NCBI GenBank assembly: GCA_000934665.2
Contig: JYFJ02000340.1
Location: forward strand, 1-64,000
DNA length: 64,000 nucleotides
Source: Catajapyx aquilonaris
Taxonomy: Eukaryota
Reading direction: 5' to 3'
This document shows positions 50,398 through 62,127 of the stretch, one piece after another. The notes below the pieces were generated by a model that saw only the letters and a list, made by a program, of their open reading frames with translations, searched no databases and was not told where the DNA came from. Position numbers and translations under genes: made by a program. Within the stretch, counting starts at the first letter, position 1; every line of letters begins with the position of its first letter.

Positions 50398-53300
50398 TAA
50401 TTACACGTCATTCGGTAAGTTTTGGGTTCGATCCCAGGTGCCGACTGTCCTGACCTAACGCCTCGGTCACTTTAAGAGCAATTCTGGTATGGTTTCCGTT
50501 TAGGAATGGCTACCCCGGCCCTGTCCCTGTCCGCAAATGTCGGTGTCGTACAAAACGGAAATGCCTACATTGAGTGGCGCATGATTGGTTCAGCTGTGAA
50601 AAGACCCTTCATCTGTAACAAAACACTCTTCTAACCAACGAACCAACCAAATTAGCCGCCCTCGAGCTATTTGTAATCAAACTCTCTTAACTTCCCCTAT
50701 AAAGATTGCATCAACACATTGTAACTAGTCAGAAAAGGAAACTATAAAATAATGAAACTGTCCCATCAAGTCATTTTTATCAATAATAATTTTACCTGAA
50801 GCGCCAAATGATATCCTGACTCTTCAGAGCAACCCAACAGCCTCTTTTGTGTAACGAATTGCCTAATATACAGGGGGCTTTTAAAGGCACCATGGATGTA
50901 GTGTACAGTACCAAGAAAATGATATCAACCAAAATATTTTTGTGAAAGATAATATAGGCTATTGAATGATAAATGCATAAAATGTCAAATATTTTAAAAC
51001 AGAAATGCAAAAAAATCTATGTTGTGGTCAAAATTGATCCCACCGCAGCACCTAGGGATAACGCGGTAGTGACTATGATAGACTATCGCCTATTCCATTG
51101 ATCACAGTAGAAACGCGTAAACCTACTGTTGGATATAATTCACACACGGCCAAATACCCTTTCACTACCATTGTACCACCGAATTTGTGCCTACATTTGG
51201 GAACAGACCAAAATTTATTCACGCCCAAGCAACCAGTGCGAGAAGAGAAGGACGACAAATTATGTCGAAAGGATAAAATGCATGGAATGCACTAGCGCCT
51301 ACAACAGCTTCCAACCAACACAATTGCCTTGAAAAATGGATTAAACGATGTAGTCGGAAGCAGACGAATGGACATTGTAGAAACCCCGGTCACTGATTGA
51401 CATTGTTTTCGGTTTGGAAAGAAACAACAATGCGTGACGCTGACCGCAACTCCGGTGGTTCCTGCCAATTGCCAAGCAAAATAAATGTCAAACAACCACC
51501 GGCATTCTATTTGCAGAGGAAAAGGTTGGACAGTGCCCAGGATTCGGGCCACGTTACACACTGTGCAAATAGACCTGCACATAACAATAGTCCATTTCAA
51601 AACACTAAACCTAAGAAGCCTCATTCATTCGGACATTAAGTTACGACAAAACTCCATAAGTGATTAGGCTGCACACGGGCATATTCAATTCCGGTTGAAA
51701 CTTCACTAATGAAAATTAATAAAGAACGATGTGACGTCGCACCAGCCGTGTTGTCTGGGCATGCGCAGTAACATGCTTGCTGGGAGATTCGGGGACGTGC
51801 GAGGAGGAAAGAGCCGGGTGGAGGCGGGCTGAACGTGAAGTCATATCGTTCTTTGTTTTAACGGACTTAACGGACTTAGTTACACCACATATCCGCAAAC
51901 TCCGCAGTCATTACTGTCCAATTTGATGTAAACAATTATTTTTCCAAGCACTGGCAACAAGACACAAATCTCAAATAGACCATTGCAGATACAAATTGGG
52001 TTCCATATCTCTTGTCCATATGCTGGCATAATCCCAAGTCGGATCTCCGAATCGGAAAGCATGGGCTTTGCAAGTACCCACGTTGAGAAGCAAACAAGTG
52101 TGGCATGGACACAACCTGAAGGCCCAATAATGGTGATATGTGGGATGACTGGCAAAAGAAAGCATGAAGGCTGCGTGCAGTGCAATGCGGTGCAGGAGTG
52201 CAGCTGGATAAGTGCACAGGAGTGGGGGCCGGCTGGGGTGGGTAATGGCGTTTTGAAAGTCTCCCTAAGCACCAGCCTCTTTAAGAGCTCATAACCGTCC
52301 TTTTGCATGCTTGCCACCCATTCCATTCATGCGGAACCAGTGCAGATTTATTTCCAGCACAGGAGGCGGGCGCTGAGTAATTTTTCCCTCCGCCTCCTTA
52401 AGCTTCTCGTGGCTACACTCACTTTCATAAATCCCACACAATTAGGACTATCTAGGAGTTGGTTTTTTCCGCCGCCAGTGTGGCAGATAGCAGTCAATTT
52501 ATGTGCAATGAATTGGGAAGTGAGGGAGAAGCAGGCCCTGGCACACTTGGATCCGGCTTTTGATGGCCCTAATGGAAGGAGCATCTATGGCCCCGGAGCG
52601 GAAATACTCGCTGGATTATTCCACACTATTGCCCATTTGGAGGCCTGCCATGCATTTCAAGTGCGTGGCAAAAATTGTACCCTTCACAAGGCCAAAAAGC
52701 TTCGCCACATCACGACGACAGCCAGACAAAGAGGGCTGCGCGTCTCCTCATTGCCTTATTGCCAACCCTTATTCAGAGTGTCACTCTGAATCGGAAGGCG
52801 ATTGTGACTGGCTCCCAGGCATCCCTTCGAAGGGAGAGCAACAATAAACAAGCAAGCAAACAGCACGTGCGTTCCCCTTCAATCAACCAGCTCTAGGCTC
52901 AACCAAAGACCAAATCCACGGCATACACAGTTCACGGCCTGATCTATACGAAATCTGATCATGTCAACCTTTGTTTTGAGTCAAACGATGCGCTTGAAAT
53001 ATCAAATTATCACGTCAGGTGAACGTGACACGGATTTTTTGTGGCCAAAAATGTAGGGAGGCTGGAAAAAAGAAAAAAATTTGCCAGGGAAGCCACTTCC
53101 AGCACCGGCGTCCCAAGTGAAAAATGAAAATTGGCAGGCGGGGCAGTCGAAAAAATTAACACTATGTTAATCACATTAATGACAGGCTGCAGCACATGTT
53201 TCGTTCCGCGGAACCGCTGACAATTTGAAAATGAAATGACGTGGATGTGTTCATTAAACCCTAATTCATATACAATGAGAGAGTTGTAATGTCCATTAGC

Positions 53301-54811
53301 CGGCTCTTTTCACGCGTCATCTCTGACATGATCCTGCCTGGCTTCAACTGCGCCAATTTCCACACACACGCTCCACATTCTTGGCCTCGGACACGCGCAC
53401 TGCTCCCTCCATTCATCACCACCTCTTTGTTTTCCTAGGACCCCACCTAACTAGCTTCCATTGCTAAGAGCACATGGCAACTGGAGCTAGGAATTGGACA
53501 AATTGCATGAGCTAGTCAGAAAATGGCAACCCTGCCTCAGCTAGACATCTCTGATTGGCGGGAGGGGCTGATGGAACAAGCGTGCGTTTCAAACGCCATA
53601 TTGTCAGGCGGGATTAAGGTTGCTTCATCTACTAGTTCAGCCTCCCCCCAAAAAAGTTCAGACAGTCTGTTCAACTTGAAAAATAAATGCAAAGCCGAAA
53701 AACAACTCTTTTTTTTCTGTGCAGAGCAATTTCTGTGGGCCGGGAGTTTCTTCCGAGAAACGAGGCCCAAGACGGCGTTTCAGCATAAGGAATACTCTTG
53801 AGAGTTTCACATATTAATGCAAGCCTTGCTGGAAAATGTGTACTTTTTCATTCCTTCTTCTTTTTTGCTCCAGACTTCTTTATGCAAAACTGTGATGAGG
53901 TCAAGCTGTAAGCCGCCAAAAAATATTTTGTGCAGAACACTGCACCGTCGACCGCAAGATATATCCTGCCAAGAGTGTGGTCATTTTGCTTAGGTACATA
54001 GTAGCAAAATATTTCGTTAGTATGGGACTTCCTTTTGTTACAATAGTACACAACAGATCTCTCAACCGGCTCTAGCAAGAAAAGAACAAAGCGTTTGCTG
54101 AAATGCTTGTGCAATGCAGCTTAGGAAAGGCATCCATGTGGACCAAATAACAAAGTGTGGACAAAGCTAGTAAAGCTGGAGCGGAAAGGTAGGAACGAGG
54201 CGGAAATTGACTTACAAAATGACAGCAATGCGGTATTAGGTACATGGAAAGGCTTCTCCTAGGATCCCACTGCGCATTCTGAGGATTAATCAGGCTCAAG
54301 TAAGTGTCACGTGTCGCCTTGCTTTCCTTGCCAGAGCTGTGCTTTTACGCATGGATTCTTCCACAGAACCGAGGGAAAAACGTCCTGAAGGGAAGAGGTG
54401 GAGTTAAAAAAACGCGACATTCTCGAGTCACGATTGGCTGTGCAGAGCCGCTTTTAACGAGCTTATGACAAGATCTGTGCCCGGATGATCGACTCAAGAT
54501 GCTTGTTCTCACTTGGAAGAGGATTAGTGGCGGAGGGGAAAGGAGATCAGGGGTTGTCGGAGCTTTCCGCCTCGAAGCTTCAGCGCCACTTGGATAATAG
54601 TCGACCCCAGCTACCCCAAAACTTGCACCTTTCTCCTGCAGTTGCTTCCTCAACTTTGCTTCTTGCCTTCAACCTTCTCACAACTGCCCTCCATAGTCTC
54701 TTGGCTAAGGTTTCACTGCGATCATTCAGTCAATTAGTTCAAGGCACCTTCGCTGTGGGCGATTTTCATTATTAGTAACCTCAGATGGAATTTGACGAAT
54801 CCAATGTCGAC

Positions 54812-55164
54812 CCGGGGAGGTGTGGTGGCCGAGATGGTAACGTCTCGGCTTTCTGAGTAAAAGGTCCCAGGTTCGATCCCTGCCTGGGAGTTCCCTTTCA
54901 CATGCGTCGGGAGGGTCTCTGACCTGCACCTTGGAGGTGTCTGGCAACCTAACCTCCTGGGGTGCTGCACATGGCCCAAAGGCTTAAGACATTGCACCTG
55001 CACAATTGTTCACTCCCCAACAATCCCTATCCTTTCCCAATGTCCCTGTTTCCTTGTACCGGAGAAAGAAGCTGAAAAATATATAGAAAACTGATGGTCG
55101 TGTGCCACCCCCCTGTAGATCCCGTAAGGGACATCGCGGGGGTTTTTTTTTTTAATTAAAAAAA
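54812..55164 (+). mobile_element. Full-length tRNA-derived SINE, family D
   Basis: A-box TGGCCGAGATGG, B-box GGTTCGATCCC, T-run/A-run tail. 15-bp TSD GAA(T/C)CCAATGTCGAC at 54797-54811 and 55165-55179. Confidence 0.88.
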
Positions 55165-56481
55165 GAACCCAATGTCGACTTCCGTTGGAATGTGTTTACA
55201 GTATACGAAAACGTTTCCGTACAGTAGCCAGCACAATATATTATGGTCCCGGACATGAATCAGGTTTTCCAAGGGTGCGAATCATATCGCTGTGATGCAA
55301 GTGCTTGTAAAAGCACCTTCGTAATCGTCCGCCAGGACCGTCACTGTCGCTCAGGTACCCTAAAGACTACACCATCACCAAATCGGCAACCCTACCCCGA
55401 TGGGGGAGAGCAGGTAAGCTTACCGGGGTGTGCATAAGGCTGGGATGGGAGTGTCAGGGGTCTGGATAATGCTCATTTGCATGCTACTGTACAAAACAAA
55501 CAAAAAGCACAAAACAACAACAAGGACCTGAATGTTATTTTTCAGTAGTCCGGTGCATGAGCGGACTGTACAACAACAGTTGCATGTGTAAAGAAAATAC
55601 AAGAAGGTTACCCGTTATTTAGGTGTAGCCAGAGCCCATTCCGAAGCCTGAGGCAACATGAGTCTCTCGCATTGGATTCTGGCAGATGAGGAATCCGAGT
55701 CGAGTGCATAGCAGGCTGGTGGGGGATGGAGAAGCGGAGAGTAGGGAGGGAGGGAGGGTAGAGGGAGAAAAATTCCAGGCTGAATAATGCAATCCAGAGA
55801 CTCCATCAGACTTGTTTGAATAATAGAGCAGGAGCGAAACAGAGTAAAGCTGCTAATTCTTCCAAAGCTGTAAAAGTTTCACCAGGACCGCACCATGTCC
55901 ACGGAGGGTGCCTTTGATATTTCATGACCCCAGCGACACATGACATTGATAATGCACTGGGTTAGGTGCATCTTCATTTTCACCCCCGTTCGGGCCTGCC
56001 AAATTCGGCCCGATCTTGGAATGAATAGATTATGCATTGCAATATTCGGCATTGCACTTTTTGTCTCCTCTACCATTCCCAAAAAGATTTCGCTCTAGGT
56101 AGTAATGGGGTCCTAACCTACATTTTGGAAACTACATCATAAATTCGGCAATATTTTGTGATTTTTTTTTGGGCATATTCCGCTTTAAGAAATCAGTTCC
56201 AGTTACGCAGCTATTGGCGTTTTTTCGGTCGGATCTAGTGACGTCACTGAATCCTACGGAAATGTTGACGTTACGCAAAGTGATATGAAGGCAAGAAAGG
56301 TGTTATAGAACGCGCTCCGGAATGGTCGTAAAATGCTTCGTTGTTGTTAGCATTCTTAGCAACCGTCCTATTCCTGGTGCCTGTGGTGCCAGACCCTCGC
56401 AGAGCTCGGTTCGGAGGGCGGGCAGGTCGCCCCGGGGCAAACCCACCCCGCTGTGTGCCGGAAGGAGTGAAGAAGCGTGAG

Positions 56482-56859
56482 CAGCCCCCGGACATTTATA
56501 CTACGTTCTGGCGTTATCACCTGCCGAGGCATTTTGCAGCGGGTGCTCACCTGAGACCGCCATGAGACATTTCGAAGGCCAGAATAAGTGGCGACCCTAC
56601 CGGACTAAGCTGAACTTTATAGGTACGAAAGGGGAGGGCTACATTGGGGGGCCCAACATGGCCGCCGGCGGCCATGTTGGGCCAGCATGTAGCCCTCAAG
56701 CCCTCCCCTTTCGTACCTATAAAGTTCAGCTTAGTCCGGTAGGGTCGCCACTCATCCTGGCCTCCGAAATGTCTCATGGCGCTCTCAGGTGAGCAACTTC
56801 TGCAAAACACGTCGGCAGGGGGTGGGTGGGAGTGACCAGACCTTACTTATATGACCGTG
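56482..56859 (+). mobile_element. Palindromic non-autonomous DNA element with 8-bp TSD, copy 3
   Basis: CAGCCCCCGGACA ... TATGACCGTG. TSD AGCGTGAG at 56474-56481 and 56860-56867. Perfect 34-nt palindrome at the centre (56650-56683). Confidence 0.9.
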
Positions 56860-59467
56860 AGCGTGAGCAAGCGTCCGAGCGGGTTTTTACTCTACGCAGT
56901 TCAAACAGCTTCGGGCCCGACAGTGGTGCCAGTAGCTCGGAATTAACTGTCCTCCGAATTCGGCACATAAAGGCCCTCTTTCTCCACCTCGATGCCCTAC
57001 AGCCGCCTTGCGAATGTTTTCCGTCGTGTCCGCGGTAAATTCAAAATGAAATTCCTCATCTCTCGCAGTCAACCAGGCATTTCAGTGTACCCTTCGATTG
57101 GCACCACTCGGCTGCCCTGTTTTTCCCGCCAATTTTGAAGGCATTTTTAAATACCCCGTAATTTATCCAGTAATGTCATTTTGATGCAATAGAGTGATGG
57201 AATATGTGTTTACAGGCATGGACTAGCTATTTATGAACAAAAATCCCAAATCCCAGACCAAGGCTAGGACCCCATTAAGGAAATTGCATCCGTTGCATAG
57301 AAGCATCCACTTGGAAATGGGCCTAAGTCGGACGAGCAAAATGACAAAAGAAACGCCTTTGGACCTGGCCACTTTTCTCTCAGGTAATACAGGCTTGCAC
57401 AATCTTTTCTTCCTTCTTTCTTCTTCTGTAATGATTCAACTATTATCACCTCATCCCGCCCCAGCGACCTGTCCGCGGAAATGTGCTTAGAATTAAAGGA
57501 AGGAAATGATTTTTTTTTCCTCTCGACTTTTCATCACCACTACGGTACAAGAAATCGAATTCGGAATTTTATTTGTGAACGAGAAGAAAAGAAAGTAAAG
57601 TCAGACTTGGGAATTGCACTCTGTCCAAGTTTCAAGAAAGTCAGTCAGTCTTTCCGCCCCCCAACATCCCACAAGAAAGGAAAAATGAAGACGTTTCCTT
57701 TTTCTTCGGACCGGGCATTCCTCTTCTCGCACCTCCGCCTTAAATCCAGTCTCTCCATTTCCACTGCATGAAAGGAAAATCAAGAAATACACATTGACTT
57801 GTTCACACAACCTATATTTACAACAATTCTCAAGCATGGCGACTGTAATGCTCTTAGGAAAATGAAAATGTGAAGCCTGGAGTTTACAAGAGCAAGAGTT
57901 GATTCGATCCTCATCCGTCAAATCATACGACAGGATTTATACACCGTATTCCATCACCAAATTGACTCTCGAATCCTGACAACCTGCGCTTCAAATATTC
58001 TCACCCACCAAACTTTAATACTCTAAATATATAAGAAAAACCATCAAAATTTTCCACACATTTCGATCATTACTTATCAATTTCGATCTTTTGTCTCTCC
58101 TGAAAAGTTGAGGTGGTTGGACTTGGAACCTTTTGCAACTCAAGGTTTCAATTAGACAGTTGATATTTCCCGGCTTCCAAGTCGGGACATGAACTTATGT
58201 GATGGAGTCTCGGCATGGTAGAGCCCAAGATGGCGCCGAACGAGAGTCTGACCAAGTTTGTAAAGTGGGTTGGAGTGGCTAATGTTGTTGGGGGAAGGGT
58301 AAACTGCTCCAACAGGGCCAGAGGAAAAAGTGTGTGACGTGTAGATATATGAAGGCAACGTGCTTGGACTAGATGAGGGCTGGCCGAAAGAGCGGGTTAG
58401 ACGGAATGCCAGATTTCATAACGACGACGTTTTAAAGAGAGAGTAATTAGATCCAACCACACGTCATTGTTCCATTCTGACTGCTAATGAAGGGCCATAT
58501 GACGGCCGCACACCAGTTGGCCTACGGACTACACTGCACTATTATGTCGGCCGGCCACTCTCACTCATATAAGGCGACGCTTTTACGGCACACTCACATT
58601 CTACTCGACGCTATACACCAACGCGTTTATCGCCGCAATCTCCATTCGTTACGCTCTGAACTACGCTACCTCTCGCAATTTCTTTCTCACTCGGCCTCCT
58701 GCATACTACTGCTGCGCATGTATACTCCAACACCCCCTAATACCATACAATATTACTAACCGTTAACATGTGGGAGAAATCCCAAAAAACCTGTTTTGAG
58801 ATAATCAAAATCAACGTTTTGACCTTACTGTTTAGATGCTAGTGAATGCAGAAAATTCAGGCTTGCTGGCTCATTATGAATCTGGGACTTAATCTCATCA
58901 GACGATAGAGCAGGAAAATGCTACTTACTGGTGTAAATAACTCATAGTGGCCAAAATAGGATTTAGTGGATTTTATTTGTATGCACACTAAATATTAATA
59001 TACCAGTAATGTTATCATCTTATGTCTATATATAGTATAACTTGCAATGCCGCTTGCAATGCCGCTTGTGATTACTTAGCAGTAATTTTCTCACACATTT
59101 ATGTTACAATCATGAGATAGATACCCACTCATACACTGCCTTTTTTCACACTTTTAAAACACGCCATGTTATCTCTCGCCTTAATGTAGACGATGAATGC
59201 TACTCACGCATGAGATGCCTCAGCGATAATAGTGCCATTAGTCAATGAAATCACGCTCAATAGTCACACACTTACGACAACCGAAATGTATGACTTTTTA
59301 CATTTTAAGAAGAGATTAAAATCTCAAGTTCATTTCAAAATTGCTGTAACATGAGAGGGTTTGTCCCTACGTTATGGTTTAAGTTTCTATAATTATTAAT
59401 AGTGACTAATGCTTTCCTTCTAGTGTGAATAATATACAAGCACTGTATTACAGAACCAATTATAATA

Positions 59468-60020
59468 CAGGGTGTCGACAATGAACCTCCCTAGTTTCAA
59501 GGAGCAGTTTAAAAAAAGAAATGAAGAGCTATACGAGGTTTGGTTGTTTCAACGATCTGAAGACTCTACCAGTTTCATCCTGAATTTTTGGAACAGCTTG
59601 TGTGATGCGGTGGTGCTCCTGTGGGGGATGCTGTCGGAAGATGCAAACATGGCTTCTTCAGAGGAGAAAACGCAAGTTGTGTGGTGGTTAGTAGAGCTTA
59701 AGTCAATCACAGAAGTGCTGGACATGCTGAAAATTTCGCCTTTCCACAATTCCAAGACAAAGTTTATGCAACTAAAGTGGTCAGCCCAAATAATGACGTG
59801 CCCTCCATCACCCCTGACGTGCTGGAGAGAACCTCGGGGGAGGGAGATAATCGGCTTAAAATTGTCCTTGCCACTAAAGGAGCACACACGGAAGGCTACT
59901 GATTTTTCTACATAAACTTGATGAGTGTCTCTTCTCATTTGTACAATTTTGACACCATGGTCCAGTAACTTGCTCAATAATAGCAAGTTGAAGCTAGGGA
60001 GGTTCATTATGGACACCCTG
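59468..60020 (+). mobile_element. Internally deleted Tc1/mariner-superfamily transposon retaining transposase N- and C-terminal remnants
   Basis: TA|CAGGGTGTCGACAATGAACCTCCCTAGTTTCAA ... TTGAAGCTAGGGAGGTTCATTATGGACACCCTG|TA. Encodes MASSEEKTQVVWWLVELKSITEV and, in other frames, DKVYATKV and ITPDVLERTSGEGDNRLKIVLATKGAHTEGY*. Confidence 0.85.
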
Positions 60021-61397
60021 TATTGCTATCGACATACATTTTTTCTCTAGTTATACAAAAGGGCTTTCACATTTTCTTGTTTGATATGTTGAATATTCTA
60101 CCCCAGGGGTATAGATGACGTTCTCATGTGGAAAGAGTTTCTGTGGGTTCTATCTATGCTTGCGTCAGATTTCTGGAGGTTCTCTCATTTCCATAATTAT
60201 TCAGAGTATGCAAAAAAAATCGGGCAAATAAAAGCTGATGCCCTAGGAAGCCTTTCATATTGTATTCTGTATGGTGCACACTATTTCAAACTAGCATTAT
60301 GGCAGTATTTTTCACCAGCTCACTATTCATAACACATCTCACACAATCTACATCAGCATTGTATCTCTAGGCTAATATACCCGAAATAGCGTATCCACTA
60401 TAAATGAGCATGACAAGTCTTTTCAGTTTTGGTCCCGGTGTGTCCAAGCCTATTATATCCTGCTAAAATGCAGTGGTCCAATAAACTATCAAAATACCAC
60501 GGCTAAATTTTGTTAATTGAAGTGAAATCTGCTCGACCATCGCGCCAATTACAGGATTAAGTTTCAAACGCACCAAATAATGCAGCTGAGTGAGAACACC
60601 ACACAAACTGGGCTAGGACGATTTGTGGCAAAAAGGAGAAAAAAGCGAGTTATTAATAAAGACGAAAGCAGATTTGTCACGAGCTGGAGCGAAATGATTT
60701 TACTAATGTGCTTTGGAGAGTCATCAAAGGCGGGAAACGGCAAGTAGAAAAGGCTTTTACTCTCAACACGGTGGCAACGACTGGGGCTAACCAGCAGGAC
60801 AGGCAATAGAATTTTTATGGGGGCAGCACCGCCGTAAATAATTCTTTATGCCTCCATTCCTGGCCGGGCTTTGTGCCGCACCACGACGCCACCTGACAGA
60901 TTCCATTTCGGAAGGAAGGAAAAGCAGGCTTGGGTGGCCTGATGGGTGGTGGTGGTGGGGTGGGGGGGGGGAGTCTGCCTGGATGCCCACATGCATGTAT
61001 GCAAAACTACATACATACTTCTACTGCTGTATATAGCTAAAAAAATAACCCTAGACCTAATGGAACTAATGTGCTCTATGGTGCATATTATTACTTTATG
61101 TACGAGGGTGTAACAGCATTCCTCTCGCAAAATGCACTTTAAATGGCCAATGGAGCATGTACCGCATACCAATCTTGTGGTTTATGTCGTTAGGATATTT
61201 ATGAGTTACATGATAGCTTCTAGCCATTTTCGGTGGGCCAATCACATGGTAGCCCTATATAGCTATATTTTCAGGCAGGGGTGGGGGGTGGGACAGGTTG
61301 TTTTTATGTTTATTCTCATGAGTTTTATTAGTTCATATGTTGGGTTAGCTTGCGTCTCCCTTCATCGCTGACTACCCCTCATAGGGAAATGTCGTGA

Positions 61398-61430
<33 letters not shown>
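61398..61430. repeat. (GTT)n microsatellite
   Basis: Read directly. Confidence 0.95.
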
Positions 61431-62008
61431 ATGAACGAGGGAAACTAACAAGGTGGTTTTTGATAACTTTACTGTTATCATGTATACGAGGATGTCAACA
61501 ATTTTGAAACAAAATCTCAGTTGGTATCTAAAGTTTAGAAAATATATCGGATTATTTATTATGTATATTAGTTAAGCACAAAATCAGATATACCCCCCTT
61601 ATGCAGGTAGTCAGGCGAATAATATTAAATGAAGTTATCAGGAGCACATATTGCAATTAATTTTACGGGTGCAACTAAGTTAATAGATAATAATTGTAGG
61701 AGTTATCAAAATAATTAGTTGCTAATACTAAATTGAGTAGAAACACCGTCCTGGAAACACCTAACGCCTTATGGTAATGGGTTCAACTATTGACCTGAGC
61801 TGCCAATGGTCAAGGTGTGTCACTCGCCATGTTTTAAGCTCGAAAATTCATTGTTATTCACGGGCTGAATAAATGATTTTTACTCAACTTGCTAACGTAA
61901 GCTAATATGCTAGTTAGCCCCTAATCTTAACTGCTAATAATAAGCGATAGCTAACTGAAACGTCCACCGCCTCAATAATTTGAACAGATCTATATCGATA
62001 ATAAAATA

Positions 62009-62127
62009 CAGGGTGACTATAAGGTCTGGACACAGATGTATTTATATTGTTGGTTGACAATTGCTATCCTGGCAAACAACAATATAATATTACCTATGTG
62101 TCTAGACCTTAGCTTAGAGTCACCCTG
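62009..62127. mobile_element. 119-bp Tc1/mariner-type hairpin MITE
   Basis: TA|CAGGGTGACTATAAGGTCTGGACACA ... TGTGTCTAGACCTTAGCTTAGAGTCACCCTG|TA. Confidence 0.85.

Noticed and set aside
52307..52789. Longest ORF in the track (160 aa) and other 100-150 aa ORFs such as 29003, 31601 and 62688
   Set aside because: No recognisable domains, no splice-compatible context, and lengths compatible with chance in 64 kb.
55424..55486. 63-nt minus-strand candidate exon with a good acceptor and a GTAAGC donor
   Set aside because: The frame needed to join the phase-1 exon at 26173 contains TGA. It could be a UTR exon but there is no support.
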